DNA of 64,000 bases, taken from the NCBI RefSeq assembly GCF_011745625.1, contig NW_027191481.1:1-64000 (forward strand), given 5' to 3'. The position numbers and the translations under genes are program-made. This DNA is from Cladosporium halotolerans. Taxonomy: Eukaryota. Within the stretch, counting starts at the first letter, position 1. Every line of letters begins with the position of its first letter. This document shows positions 45,530 through 58,390 of this stretch, one piece after another. Below the pieces are notes generated by a model. That model made no database searches. It worked only from the letters and a program-made list of their open reading frames with translations, and was not told where the DNA came from.

Positions 45530-47173
45530 ATGCTCTCTGAGCAGCTTGTCGCCGCTATAGGCGCGCCATTCAAGGCCACGGGAACAAGTGTTGCCAAAGA
45601 TGCTGCTATCTTTGTACACGAGTATCAGCCCTCTGGCACTCAGCGGACCATCTTCAAAAAAAGCGTCACTCCCCAAAACTGCTTGGCTGTGAGCTCTACG
45701 CATATTTTCGCGGCTCAGGCCGAAAAGGCTGTGGTCCACGTTTACAGTCGGGAGAGAGGCAACCAAGAAGCTACTATTCCCTTTACTGAGCGCATCAGTT
45801 GTTTAACTCTCGCCTGCGAAGATGCCGTTCTTGTTCTGGGCACCACCGAGGGTAGGATCTTTCTATGGGAAATTGCTACAGGTCGCCAGGTTACCACTGC
45901 TCAATCTCATTTGCAAGCAGTGAATCAGCTTGCAGTGGATGCAATCTCCAACCATCTGATTTCTGCATCCGCGGACTCGACCTGCCATGTGTGGTCTATT
46001 TCTGGACTACTTTCTTTCGCAAACGATGGGGTGCAACCACTCGCACCTTTGCGGACCTTCACAACGCATCGGTCTACCGTCAGAGCTTTGGCCCTTGGGC
46101 ACAGCGAGAGTTTCCAGAATATCGCAATTACCGCGGCACAGGATAAGACCTGCCTAGTGTGGGATTACCACACGAATGCAGTCTTGAGGACATTTTTGCT
46201 ACCATCGGTACCAACTTCATTAGCCTTGGATTCCGCGGATCGTGCTTTGTACGTCGGCTATGAAAACGGTGGTGTCCAACGCATCGATTTGCTTTCCGCT
46301 GGAGGGACAACCGAGGGTATCCAGAACGCAACGGACGCTCTGACGCCGGTACAGGCGAAGACCAAAGTATGGTCCCCGCCAGATGCCACCACTGGTGCGG
46401 TGCTAAGTCTTGATCTATCTTTTGACGGCACCGCTGTTCTCGCTGGACACCAGTCTGGCACCATCATCGGTTGGGATATCGGATCAGGCCACATGAAGTC
46501 TTTCCTTCCGCAAGGCCCTCTCCCTGGACCAGTGACAAATCTGAGGTTCCTTCCAGTCTCTGGCTTCGAAATCGAGCCATCGCAGTCCTTCCGTATTGAC
46601 ACGGTCGTCAAGCCTAAATTCGGTGCTTTCCAAGACAACGGTGCAGGCAGTGGCTCTGTCCCCGGCAACTATGCAATGAACGCTCAATTGAAAGGAAGGC
46701 TCGCTAGCACGCAGCAAAATGCAGAGTCCTCCTTTACGCAAGCACTGTTCGGGACTTCCATCCCTGCACACCTCTTGGATGAAGGTCTGAGCGAACTTGC
46801 AATTTGGGGCCAAGGCCCTCCAATTTTGGCAAAGAGCGACTCCAAGGGTAGCATCAAGGCTGAGCAGGAGAGCCAACTGGATGACTTCATGGCACTTGAT
46901 GAGCCTCTTCCTGTATCAGCAACTCCGAACCTTGAGCAGCAAAATGCCGAGCTGAAGTCACAGTTGGATGCGTTGAGGAGAGTCCAGACTGCAAGCTTTA
47001 GCAAGATTCAGAAGCTACAGGCTGAGAACAAGGCAATGACTGCGCGTGAGCAGCAGAGATTCTCGCAGCAAGGTCAGGGCAAGAGCACTGTAAAGGCCAA
47101 CGGCAGGAAATCCAAAGCGGATTCTTCATCGGAGGAAGACGAAGATATGTCATCGAGCGATGACAGCGAGTAA
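45530..47173 (+). CDS. IPI3: WD40 pre-rRNA processing protein Ipi3 (WDR18 family)
   Basis: HIFAAQAEKAVVHVYSRERGNQEA, GRIFLWEIATGR and HLQAV...SASADS WD repeats, followed by a C-terminal coiled coil and acidic tail. Confidence 0.9.
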   Translation: MLSEQLVAAIGAPFKATGTSVAKDAAIFVHEYQPSGTQRTIFKKSVTPQNCLAVSSTHIFAAQAEKAVVHVYSRERGNQEATIPFTERISCLTLACEDAVLVLGTTEGRIFLWEIATGRQVTTAQSHLQAVNQLAVDAISNHLISASADSTCHVWSISGLLSFANDGVQPLAPLRTFTTHRSTVRALALGHSESFQNIAITAAQDKTCLVWDYHTNAVLRTFLLPSVPTSLALDSADRALYVGYENGGVQRIDLLSAGGTTEGIQNATDALTPVQAKTKVWSPPDATTGAVLSLDLSFDGTAVLAGHQSGTIIGWDIGSGHMKSFLPQGPLPGPVTNLRFLPVSGFEIEPSQSFRIDTVVKPKFGAFQDNGAGSGSVPGNYAMNAQLKGRLASTQQNAESSFTQALFGTSIPAHLLDEGLSELAIWGQGPPILAKSDSKGSIKAEQESQLDDFMALDEPLPVSATPNLEQQNAELKSQLDALRRVQTASFSKIQKLQAENKAMTAREQQRFSQQGQGKSTVKANGRKSKADSSSEEDEDMSSSDDSE

Positions 47174-47447
47174 TCGTGGTCCACGGTCCTTGCGAGACCC
47201 GGTTGCTTGTTCGCAAATTCTGCGTCTGCAAGGTGTCGCGCGAAGTTGCTACATTCCTGACTCCTCGCGAGAAGCACGTCGCATTTTTGTTATGGAGGCT
47301 TGACTGGAATGCAACACTGGCTTGGCAGTCAAGGAAGTAAACTAGCCTCGTGTCTACACGCAGTGTGCAACGACGCACACATCAGGAGAGACCCCGGATC
47401 TTGTTCGGATTGATCTTACAAGAGTCACGACCGGAACAGACGAGACC

Positions 47448-48750
47448 ATGGCTTACTTGCGCACACTGCTTGTTCTATGGACATTGATTCTGGCAGTCCA
47501 GGCGAGGCGTTTAATTGGACACAAACATGAAGCTTTCGACATCAAAAAGATCCGCCAGGCCGAGCCAGTGTCTGCGTTGGCAACGGCGACTAATACGGGA
47601 ATTCTCACGCTTGTAACGCCGTCTCCTGGGGCATCGCCTGTGGAAGTTACAAAGCAGAGTCAGATCGTCACTTCATACATTCCGGAATATACGCTTTGCG
47701 AGTTGCCGCCGATTGGATTCATGCATGTGTCGAGACCGTCCGATGTTGCGTCAACCGCGCCTTACAGAAACTACTCTATTTCAATCCCGTCCGTCAACGG
47801 GACGTGCACAACATACTACAAGACCACAGCGACTATGGTCTGTGCAACAACCTTGACTGACTTGACTACGACTTATCCTGTCACCAAATGCCCTCAGGAT
47901 ATCACTTTCTCCACCCGCTACGGCTATGTGCTTGCCACACCAACTGCAACCGCCAACTTCACAGGGAACTGGACCACTGGCTACCACAATTCGAGTGCTT
48001 CCTACACTTCAGCTCCAATGATCAGGACCTTGACTTCGTTCTTCCTCGCTCCTTGGCAACAATTGACCACAGCAGGGCCGCCAACGGATGTGGACATCAA
48101 GGTTTGCGTCACTTTTGAAAATGGAACCGAGAACTGTGTCCGCGAGTATCAAGTCTGGACGACCAGGTTGGAGACCATCACTGCCACGTCTACCACCGCT
48201 ATCAATTTTACCACGACCATTCCCGGTCCTTCTCAGCTGATTGTGGAGACATTCTCTGCGAACTTGACAGCAGTCATGACTACATTCACCATGTCAGAGA
48301 TGATGCGGCTCAGTTACATCAAAGAGGCCAGAATCACCGATACGTTCAGCGTCTCGGGATCTACTGGACCAACTGTCACTCAGACCCAGACTGTTGAGCT
48401 AGCGACGTGAGTGATACGTAACCGAACTTTGAGATACGTTTGCTGACGAGCCTGCAGCCCAGATATTACAAGCACAATTACTCGCCGCATTACATCAACG
48501 ATCTTTGGTGGCACGACAACAATCACTATCAGTACCTCTATTCCCTACGCAGATATACCGGAGCCTACGATCCCAGCGATCGAAGTGCCACCAGAGAATG
48601 CAGTGCCCGAAACGCCAGAGGTGCCTCTGCCGACGTCGACGTAAGTTTTGATCTCTGCAAGTTTGCCAAACAGCTTCACTGACTCAGCGACAGCTCGTAC
48701 GCCAACTTTGCAAGCATATTGGGTGCTGATGGGTACCGTGAATGAGTCCT
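47448..48750 (+). CDS. Secreted Thr-rich hypothetical protein (3' exons uncertain)
   Basis: Signal peptide MAYLRTLLVLWTLILAVQA and a Thr/Cys-rich body. A probable intron from GTGAGT at ~48407 to CAG at ~48458 leads to a further Thr/Pro-rich exon. The end is not resolved. Confidence 0.65.
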
Positions 48751-49159
48751 TCATCGTCATCATGTCAAGCATGCTGCGCTTTTCTCCGGCCCACGATATT
48801 GCATGGAGGCAGTTTGTGTGAGCCAATCTCATTATCTGCAATTCTACTGTATCATATATGAATAGGTAGCAATGAGAACGGCAAGGTCACCACTACCCAA
48901 TGACGATCGTGTATGACTCTTCTTGATCTTTATCGTAGTAACCGCTAGGTGACAGGATTCCCCGTAAGTATAAAAAACTGCGTTCTGCCTATCGAGACTC
49001 TGCTCCTCCAACGTATCACCAATCGGTTCGACTATTCTCGACAGACCCTCCAACCTTTTCTATCAACAAGTCATACTGCGCACGGGTATCTATCCATCGA
49101 AGATCATTGAGAGCTCTTTCAACATCCTATAAATTACTTTATCATCGAACTCAGGGGCG

Positions 49160-50425
49160 ATGTCGTCGAACAACACAACTCTACCCACGGCGGTTTCGCG
49201 CTGGAGGGACTGCTTCATGAGATCAAACTGCGATGTCATGAGCAGCGCAACGCCTGCTATCAACGGGCTCAACAATGCTGCCAGGCTCGCTACAGCCATT
49301 TTCGCGGTCGTCCTGGTCATGCGTGTGCTTGATCTGGACTCGCCAACCGCCATGCTTGGACTTCTACTCGTTCCCGGTATATTCTCGTATGACTTCACGA
49401 AAGCCGCAGCCACAACAGATGTCCATGATCAGTCATACAGCACCGCTGCTGCCGGCCAGACTGGTATCCTTCCGGAGAACGAGGTCCACAAGGCTTCGAT
49501 CGATTCTGCTCCTCTTGGTGCAGTGTCTGCAGCTGGGTCGATGGCGTCGCCAGTAGTCTCCATCGTAGCCATGCTTGCTGCGGTGCTTTGCATGTCTTGG
49601 ATCTTTAGCGAACTGCGAGTCGCTTGGGAAACCAAAGGCGATTCCACGACAGCCACTATGGTCAAAAAGGCCACCTGTCAACACAGCGCACGCGCGAGAA
49701 ATAGCAATCCGACCCTTGTGCGCCGCATGCTCCTTTTTTCGTCGTTGGCTGTGGTTCTAGCACTGATCCCGACGGCCTTGACAGAGCCGACGGGTACAAC
49801 ACCATTCTCGCAAGGTTTACCTGTCATGTCGCCGACTATCACAGCATCGGCCACCTCTCTGCATGAGCTACGGGCGAAGGATAGGCCGCAATCGTGGCTC
49901 TACCGCAGCGCCGGAGACAAATTGGCCCCTTACTTGTGGCTCTGCCTTCTTCCTTTGATCATGATGGGGAGCTTTCTCCTGCCAGCGCTGCTCGGGTTTG
50001 TCATCCTGGAAGCAATGGCATCCAGCCAGGGAAAAGGGAATCGGCATTCGAAGAATACGACATCATCCAAGTATGCAGAGACCTCTCATAAGACCAGGGC
50101 CCCAAGAGCCCCTCAGACGACCCTTCCGCCCGTGTGGCTGACATACTATTCAACGACAACAACCACGCTACCAGTCGTCACCGTAACCGCGCCACCCTGT
50201 ACTGAGGAGAATCAGGCCGTCTGCGCGGTCGTCCCCCGGCAGCCTCTCCCGCCTGACGTCCCGGCAATGTGCACGGAGGCAAACTCGGCTGTCTGTCCGA
50301 TCGTGTTTGGCAGGAAGGAGTGGAGGCCTGCTGAGTCTGAGGCCGTGAGAGCGAGGGGTTGGGTGAGCCACAAGGCCTTGGGGACTGCGGTCGGCGTGGC
50401 CGTGGCTGGTGTTGCTGCTGGGTGA
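49160..50425 (+). CDS. Orphan multi-pass membrane protein
   Basis: 421-aa ORF with several hydrophobic segments and a duplicated CTE.N.AVC.[VI]V motif. No family recognised. Confidence 0.5.
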   Translation: MSSNNTTLPTAVSRWRDCFMRSNCDVMSSATPAINGLNNAARLATAIFAVVLVMRVLDLDSPTAMLGLLLVPGIFSYDFTKAAATTDVHDQSYSTAAAGQTGILPENEVHKASIDSAPLGAVSAAGSMASPVVSIVAMLAAVLCMSWIFSELRVAWETKGDSTTATMVKKATCQHSARARNSNPTLVRRMLLFSSLAVVLALIPTALTEPTGTTPFSQGLPVMSPTITASATSLHELRAKDRPQSWLYRSAGDKLAPYLWLCLLPLIMMGSFLLPALLGFVILEAMASSQGKGNRHSKNTTSSKYAETSHKTRAPRAPQTTLPPVWLTYYSTTTTTLPVVTVTAPPCTEENQAVCAVVPRQPLPPDVPAMCTEANSAVCPIVFGRKEWRPAESEAVRARGWVSHKALGTAVGVAVAGVAAG

Positions 50426-50797
50426 GAAGTTTTGTTGCGAGAATTAGCATTTGACACGGACCTGGGAGGGAGGAATTTACTAGACATGAGCTTATGGGAG
50501 TTCACATTTGGGAAATCATTGAATCAGAATGATATAATTGCCATTCTCTCCATGATGAAGTCAACCTTGTACTGCGATCATCAGCCAGACTCTCGCTTCA
50601 TCATCCATACCCTTGAGATGCACACTCGGACCTCACAGAAAACAATTGAAATGTTTCTTTTGCATGCTCGTCAGTGCTTCAAACATACGGCCACCAGCGA
50701 ATGACTGCACGAAAATCTATGCTTCTTTGCTTGGCTTTGTGAAAAAAATCCGTGTATATTAGTAGTACATACGACATGCGCGATCAATGGCGCTAGA

Positions 50798-52444
50798 TCA
50801 TTGCCTCCTATCACCGGCATCGTCGTCATTTCTGCCCTCTGTCCCTAATGAGTTGCCATTATAAAACTCGGCACCTTTCTCATTCTCTGCCCTCTGCTCC
50901 GCCATAGTCTTGACCCTGATCCGCGATGGCCCACCGTTCTGCAGTGTCCCCGGATCCGCATTCGCCATTCGCGTGCCCTGCACATTTGAAGGCTCATGCT
51001 CATCCGCGGTGCCACCCATGTACAGTCCTCCACTGCTTTGAGAAGCGCCGTTGGAGCCGTAGCCAGTGATGTATCCAAGTGCCGAGCCAGCAAGCCCAAA
51101 AGCGCCAGAGACGAGGCCCATCGCTGAGCCCATGATGCCACCACCGCTTGAGCTACTGTACGCCTCGGTGTAGCCGGCAACGGGGACGAGCACAAGCGTG
51201 GCGGTGGGCATCAGGCCAACGTCCGCGAGCGTTTGGCCTTCTTCGCTGATCTCGATCGTGCGGCTGGGCTTTGGGGTAAGAACTTGGCGGAAGTTGTAGG
51301 GTATATCCGCGCCGCCAGCAGGACTGGCCTCTTTGATCCATTCTCGCACAGCCGTAGCAAGCGTGCTGTCGTGTGCAAATTTCCCTTTTATGCTCGAGCC
51401 GTCGAACAAGCGGACTTGAATCGCGCAGATGCCGCTCGTAGCTGTTGCTCTCGATCCGCCGGACAGCGAGCTCGTCTGTTCAGAAGGCAAAGGCTCGCCA
51501 GCCATCGCGCTCATGGCTTGCTTCCTCTCGGCCTCCCTGTTCTTGCGTTCTCGCTTGTCGGCCTCGATCCTGGCCATAATGCGCTCCTTCTCCTCTTTGG
51601 CCTCCTGTTTCCTCTTAGCTTGCTGCTGCAGCCAGTCGACGCGGGCCTTTTCTCTCGCAGCGTCTCCTCCGTCGGCACGCTGCTTGCCTTTGTCTGCTTG
51701 TGCCTGTGCCCGTTCCTCTTCCTCCCGCCGAGCCTTCGCGCGTGCGATTCTGTCTGCTTTCTCCCGAGCCTCGCGCTGTCTCCGGTCTGCTTCTAACCGT
51801 TGTCCACGCTCTGTTAGCATTGCCTGAACGTTCTCAGGTGTTTGTGAGGGCGCAGCGTCTGAAGCCCCAGGCGAGCTGGGGGCTGGCTGCGTCCTGGCCA
51901 CACTTTCGTTGGCCACAAGAACGGCATCTGTGGCAGGGATATCTGCACCTCCGGCAGCAGACTGTGTTAAGTCACCAGTTGTCTCCGAAATCATCTCTTC
52001 CTTTGCTACTCCAGAATCAACCCCGCAAGCCTTCAATAGCCGCTGCGACCATTCTGCAAATTCAATCCCTTTTTCCAATTTGTCCAGCACGGTTCCGTTA
52101 TGAATAATGACTAGCGTCGGGGCTTGCTCTATGGGGCAGAATGCGGCAAGGAAGCTTGCTTCTGTTGAGCCGTGGTCGATTCGTAGAAGGACAGTCTTTG
52201 CTTTGAGAGTTGTAGGGATGTCGACTCCGGATTCGTCCTCAGTCACTGCCTCGTGTGCACCAGTAAGCCATTCGTTCTCCCATGTTGCGGAAGTCGCGTC
52301 GTCGTCTATTCATCACCGTCAGTAACATATTCAGAGAGTGCTTTCGCGGAGAGCTTCCATACCTTGTCGAACGAAGCAAGCAACGAGCTTCTGTTGCTGG
52401 ATGGCGGCGCCGATGCCGCTTTGGAGATCGCCTTGGTGGAACAT
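50798..52444 (-). CDS. UBX-domain Cdc48 adaptor (Ubx7/UBXN4-like), 2 exons
   Basis: MFHQGDLQSGIGAAIQQQKLVACFV thioredoxin-like N-terminus (intron 52306-52362), a coiled coil, UBX domain IQVRLFDGSSI...LMPTATLVL, and C-terminal FYNGNS. Confidence 0.9.
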
Positions 52445-52698
52445 GCTCGGATAGAATAAACCAATGTGACGGCGTTGATCCAGCAGAGACAAATTAGTAG
52501 CGGTTGTTTGACATGCGACCGCAGTTATGGGATTGTTGTCCCCTCGCGATCGTCATTCAAAGTGGAGACCCTTGCGCATTCACACCAGCTTCCCCAGACC
52601 ATCGGCGGCGTCGGCAGCGCGCTGGAAAGTTGACGGCATTGAACGCCGCGACTTCTTCTCTTTCGCCAACCCTCGTAGCAGGGCGCAAAACCACAGCC

Positions 52699-53784
52699 AT
52701 GGACAAATCACGGATCCTATGGAGAACCTTCTCCACGGCCAGCACGGCCGTCTCAAAACGAAACATTACCACCGCGACCCAGCGCCCCTCATGGACCTGC
52801 ACCAACTGCCTGCGCCGCCAACAACCCACCACCACCACCCGCAAACCCACCACCCTCCTCCGCCCCCAAACACGCTCCCAATCGACCCAACCCGGCGACG
52901 ACCCCGCCTTCACCTCCATCATCGACAACCCGCCCCAACTCATCCGCTCCGGCCGCCGCCACAACAAACTCGGCCTCGCCATCCTCGCCGCAATCCCCAT
53001 AACCGCCTTCCTCCTCGGCTGCTGGCAAGTACAGCGGCTCGGCTGGAAGACGGAGCTGATCGCGCGCTTCGAGGACCGCCTGCTCAAAGACCCCCTCCCC
53101 TTGCCGCCGCAAATCGACCCCGCGGCCGTCAAGGACTTCGACTACCGCCGCGTGCTCGCGCGCGGCGTCTGGCGACACGACCAGGAGATGCTCATCGGCC
53201 CGCGCGTGCACGACGGCCAGCCCGGCTACCAGGTCGTCACGCCGCTCGAGCGCCGCGGCGAGTTCCCCGGCAACGAGGGCAACAGCACGGTGCTGGTGAG
53301 CAGGGGCTGGATTCCGAAGACGAAGGCGGCGCAGGCTCTGCGGCCGGAGGGGCTGCCGCGGGGGGTCGTGACGGTGGAAGGGCTGCTGCGCGAGCCGTGG
53401 AAGAAGAACATGTTTACGCCGGATAACAAGCCCGCGGAGGGGAAGTTCTACTTCCCGGATGTGTATGAGATGGCGGCGCATGTGGGCTCGCAGCCGATTT
53501 GGGTCGAGGAGACGATGAAGGCGGATTTGCTCGAGTCGTACTCGAGGGAGGATAAGGGCGTGCCGATTGGGAGGCCGCCGGAGGTGAATTTGAGGAATAA
53601 CCATGGGCAGGTGAGTTCGAATCTTCGCTACCTTGAGGGTTTTGAAGGGTGTGTGCTAACGGTGCAATAGTACATTTTCACGTGGTTCAGTTTGAGCGCT
53701 GCGACCAGCGTGATGATGTGGATGGTCCTGCGCAAACCCGCCAGCGGCATTAACAGGAGGGTGAGGCAGAACAAGTCGTGGTGA
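52699..53784 (+). CDS. SHY1: SURF1-family cytochrome c oxidase assembly protein, 2 exons
   Basis: Mitochondrial presequence; LGCWQVQRLGWK, DYRRV, GYQVVTPL, VSRGWIP and NLRNNHGQ|YIFTWFSL. Intron at 53611-53670. Confidence 0.95.
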
Positions 53785-54301
53785 TGACTTGGATTCGCGG
53801 CGACAAGTTTTGACATATGACTTGACCTGTACAAAATAAATACTGTACAATAAAACTGAGAATACCCCTGCAGCGATCGAGTGCTGCCTACATCAGTTCG
53901 TATCTTCGACGAGACTGTGTTGAATCATTGTTTTTGTCTGTGAAAGTATCGGCAATACTAAATAAAGGTATATTCCCATCATCTTGGGGTGCAAAAGCAA
54001 CAGCATTAATATTGCAGAAATCCCAAACTCTTGCCAGTCCAAGATCCGTTTCTCTTTTATTTGCTGTAGTGTATCAAAATCTACACCAGCGCCAACCGCC
54101 AACCGCCTCCACACGCAACATTGGTATCAGGGGGGAAACATGAGACAATCGGACGGAAGAAGGAAATTTTCGGTCCCTGGTGGCACAGATAGGCTGGGTG
54201 CGAAGCCTTCTGCGTGGACCGGAGTGTGAGGTGCGCCTCGGTAGCTTGAGTGTCGGGGCGCCATGGAGCGATGCGGATCGCTTGTGTGAGTGAGGGCGCC
54301 T

Positions 54302-56011
54302 CTAGATGACGTACTAAAATAGTGTTAGCGGTGCGCGCAAACTGACCAAGACAACAATGATACTTACGGGAATGAAGAGGTAGGGAACCCTCCTCTCGTA
54401 CTCCTTCCAGGCCTCGCCGTACTTCTCCCTGCACCTCTGAATGTCTCTGGTGGCGCGGTGGATGATCATGAGGCAGAAGAAGAGGGGGTAGAACCAGGGG
54501 AAGGGGCTGTTGAAACCGGTGATCAGGCCCCAGCAGAAAGCGAAGTAGAAGTCGGCGGTGTACTGGACCTTGCGAGCGTACTTGTACCAGCCGTCGCAGA
54601 GAAGGTTGTCGCCGGTCTCGGTGGTGATGAACTCCGGGTTCTCGACGTATTTCCAGGGCAGCTGAGGGAAGGTGTTGCGGTGGACGTGGTAGCCGCGCTG
54701 CATGCTGCGGAACATGCACTTCTGGCTGTTGCCGGTGTCCCAGACCCAGTAGGCGAAGAGGTAGGTGGTGAAGATGAAGACGAGGAAGGGCTTGGACCAG
54801 GCGTACTCGCTCGGGTCGTGGTTGGCCAGGTAGATGGTGCAGTGGCAGTAGGAGAGCGGCACGCCAGCGAGGTTCCAGAAGATCAGCATGAAGCCCCACT
54901 TCTCGTAGTACATGTCCCAGGTGGTGACGATCATCTCCTCACCCTTGCAGCAGGCGTTGGCGTACAGGAAGTGGGCCATGACCAGGAAGGAGACCTCGGG
55001 AGTCACGTAGCCGTAAGTCTCGTACTGACGGGCAGCAGCGGAGAGGGAGATCAGGTAGAGGATGAACCAGGGAAGGCGGACCTCGAAGAACATCTTGAAG
55101 TCGAGCCAGCCGAACATGCGCGGGTTAAGCTCAGCGCCCATGAAGAAGTCGTAGATGTGGTAGCCGGTCATGCGGTGCTGGGCGCCACGGGCGAGGGCGG
55201 AGATGTACGCAACGATGGCGACGAGGAAGCCGGAGCAGATGGCGGTGCTCATGAGCGGGCCGAACTCATCGATCAGGGTGTAAAGAGGGAACAGGCCAGT
55301 GAAGTGCAGAACAGCAGCGGCAACGTTAGTCGCGTAGAAACTCCAGACGCCACTGCAGTAGTAGCGCAGCTGCTTGCCGCCAGCGAAAGGAAGAGGCTTG
55401 CCAGTAGAGTAGACACCAGGCATGAAGATGTACATGGCACCCTGAACGACCAAGAAAGTCCAGTAGATGATCCATGCCTTGAGGTGAGGGAAAGAGCCGG
55501 TGTATGCGAGGTGGACGAGATGACGGCCGAACTGGGCCCAAGTCATGCTGGGCTCAGACGGGAACTTGCCATCGTAGTAGACGGCGCCAACCCACATATA
55601 CCACATCAACGCCGGGAATCCGATCATCATGGCGGTCACACCGAGCGTGCCGCCAAAGTCGAAGTGAGGAGCGGCATCGATCTTGGGATCCGAACCCTCC
55701 CTCCAGCCATCAATGATTTTGCCCTTGGGCTTGCCATCAGGAACACCGTTGGCCTTCGCCTTGTTGTCGATCTGCTCCACCTTTGCTTCATCTTTGGGGA
55801 GCTTGATGGGCTCGCTCTCCTCTTCCGCGGATGAATCGCTGGCGGCGGCGGATTTGCGCGTGGTACGGCGTCTGCTGGGGGTCTCGACGAAGCCGTCAGG
55901 CACGCCTGACTTTCTGCGCGCGGTACTTTAGCGATGCACACGAGTGAAGAAGAGGCTGGTGATGATGGCGTACCTCGGCGTCTTGCCGGTCTGGGAGCGT
56001 GTGACGGTCAT
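54302..56011 (-). CDS. ERG4: Delta24(24(1))-sterol reductase (ERG4/ERG24 family, Erg4 type), 3 exons
   Basis: [72 protein letters not shown] and VPYLFIPYVI. Introns at 55914-55973 and 54314-54367. Confidence 0.95.
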
Positions 56012-56546
56012 CTCTGCGCCGGAATGCTGGGGACGCGTCCAGGCGGGCCAATGGCTCTCAGAAAAAGGTCGGCGGATGCACTTGGACCGCGACGGGTGGT
56101 GATGGGAGCAGGACGCGGCGGTGAGGGGTCGCGGTGTTGACAAGTGGTCGAGCGCCGATTTTTTGTTTACGCCGGCATGATCGCCTGCCGGGGCGTTGCG
56201 CCGCCCCCCTCGGAGGCCTCTCGAACCTTATCCGGCCCGTGCCTGCCAAGAGCATCGTCTCTTCTTCACTTACCTGTGCCTGGCGGAGGCGACGACCGCT
56301 CGAGACATGGTCTCAGAGGTGAGGACGCTTGTCGCGTCTTTGTTTACCGTCCTGCCCATGCTGCAGATCGATGCAGCGCCTCATGCGAAGGCCTGCTCCG
56401 CCAGAAGCAAGAAATGATCCTCCTCGCTTACTGCAAGGCGGGTCCGCTACTGTGCCATCCCGTCACAAAGCTTCACCCGTCATGAGCAACCACTCGCGTA
56501 TCGTCTTTGTAAGCGATACGAACACTTCACTTCCACCGCAGCGACG

Positions 56547-57820
56547 ATGTTGATCCAAGAGTCTTACAAAGATGTGCCCACCCAGCATGGCGGGGACATG
56601 CGCATCTTCACCTTCCACCCGCAAATCCCGAACTACCCCAAGGCCAAGTTCCCGGGTGTTGTAGTGTTCAGCGAGATCTATCAGGGTGAGATCAATTTAT
56701 TTCTTATGCAATGCTTTCATTGTGTTGGAGAAGTAATGAAAGAATTGTTAATATACCTCAACGTCGCCTTTTGGTTGCAATACGTCTTGTCTGCAAATCC
56801 TGCAGATGCGGCAACTGATTCATGGCATCCATAGCACTGCGTTTCCTCATCGCCTTTTGTTCTACATCCAACGTGCCATTCATTAACACTTCCACCCAGT
56901 GACCGGCCCGGTGGCTCGTTTTGCCCGTCAGATCGCCTCGCACGGCTACATCGTCGCCGCCCCCAGCAGCTACCACGAGTTCACCGGCCCGGAAGCGCTT
57001 GCTTACGACGGTCCCGGCACCGACAAGGGCAATGCCTGGAAGATCGAGAAGAAGGTGTCCGCATACGATGAAGACGCCACGCTGAGCATTGACCTGCTCA
57101 CTAGCATGGAGACTTGCAATGGCAGAATTGGTAAGTCGGTGCCGTAACTGTCGCCGTCGAGCCCAAGCTAATGACCTGCAACAGTATGATTTCAAACCCT
57201 TCCCCTACCAGCCAATGCCCAAGTCTAACCATCCACCCCAAGGGCGCCACCGGCATGTGCCTCGGCGGCCACCTCGCCTTCCGCTGCGCCTTCGACAAGC
57301 GCGTCCGCGCCGCCGTCTGCTACTTCGCCACCGACATCCACTCGCACACGCTGGGCCAGGGCAAAAACGACGACAGCCTCGACCGCGTCAAAGACATCTC
57401 CGGCGAGCTGGTCATGGTACGACCACCCATCTTCTCACCCTTCCCAGGAGGCACACCAAGAAGATTGTTACTGACGACCAATCCCAGATCTTCGGCAAAA
57501 AAGACACGCACGTCCCGCCCGAGGGCCGCGACCTCATCCGCAAGACGCTGCACGACGCCGGCGTGACTTTCTCCTTCTACGAGCCCGCGTGGGCGCAGCA
57601 CGCTTTCATCCGCGACGAGCTGTCCAAGTAAGACTTCGCATTCTCCCTCTTTCTCCAAGAAACCACCGTGTGGCTGACGATGTTGGACTGCAGGGGCCGC
57701 TACGATCCCGCTCTCGCGGGCATCTGCTTCCAGATGCTGCTGGAGCTGTTCGGGCGCACGCTCAATGGAGATCTGGGGCCGATGGCGGGCGAGGTGCCGG
57801 AGCCGGAGGATGTGTGCTAG
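56547..57820 (+). CDS. Dienelactone hydrolase family protein, 5 exons
   Basis: FSEIYQVTGPVARFA, nucleophile motif GMCLGG, DTHVP and AQHAFIRDE, joined by four GT-AG introns. Confidence 0.92.
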
Positions 57821-58390
57821 ATGGAGCGGGATGGAGCCGTCTAGCGAGGGGTTCGAAGGGGCTCCGATCAGTCTAGTCGACCGCGCGTCTGGCAGGAGCT
57901 GGAATCACTCTTGCTCTCTGCTGATAGATACGGATGTCGGCTATGAGTGAAGATATTGAAGACTCCATCTGAAGATCACATCTGTCAATCGTCCGATTTG
58001 TATTCAACGTACTTCAGAATGAAGGAAACGTGTTAGAAATCGCAAAGGACGTCCGCTTGCGTCTGAAGAACAGTGGCCCAAGTCAATAGAAGCAACGTCA
58101 TCTTGGGCAGGGCACACGGCGTCAACGCGATGGTCCAATGTATTCTTATTCGAAGCACAATACGATTGAAGAAGAAATTTTGTACATGCCCTCGAGGACT
58201 TCTCCGGCCGAAGACCGTCCTTGCCCTCCATATAAAAAAAACTATATCGTAACCCGTAGATGTAAAAGTGTAGATCGAAAGATCGAAGATATCTCAGCCA
58301 AGGCCCGAATACTCCATCGCCATGCAAACATCCCCCCTCCGACTATCGTGCTGTCTGAACGCAATCTTTTCCTACAACTCCGCTCCCCCC

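Noticed and set aside
56686..56899. Long AT-rich first intron of the dienelactone hydrolase gene with a CTTTCATT/AATGAAAG hairpin, as a possible snoRNA or riboswitch host
   Set aside because: No convincing C/D or H/ACA boxes and no TPP aptamer core were seen.
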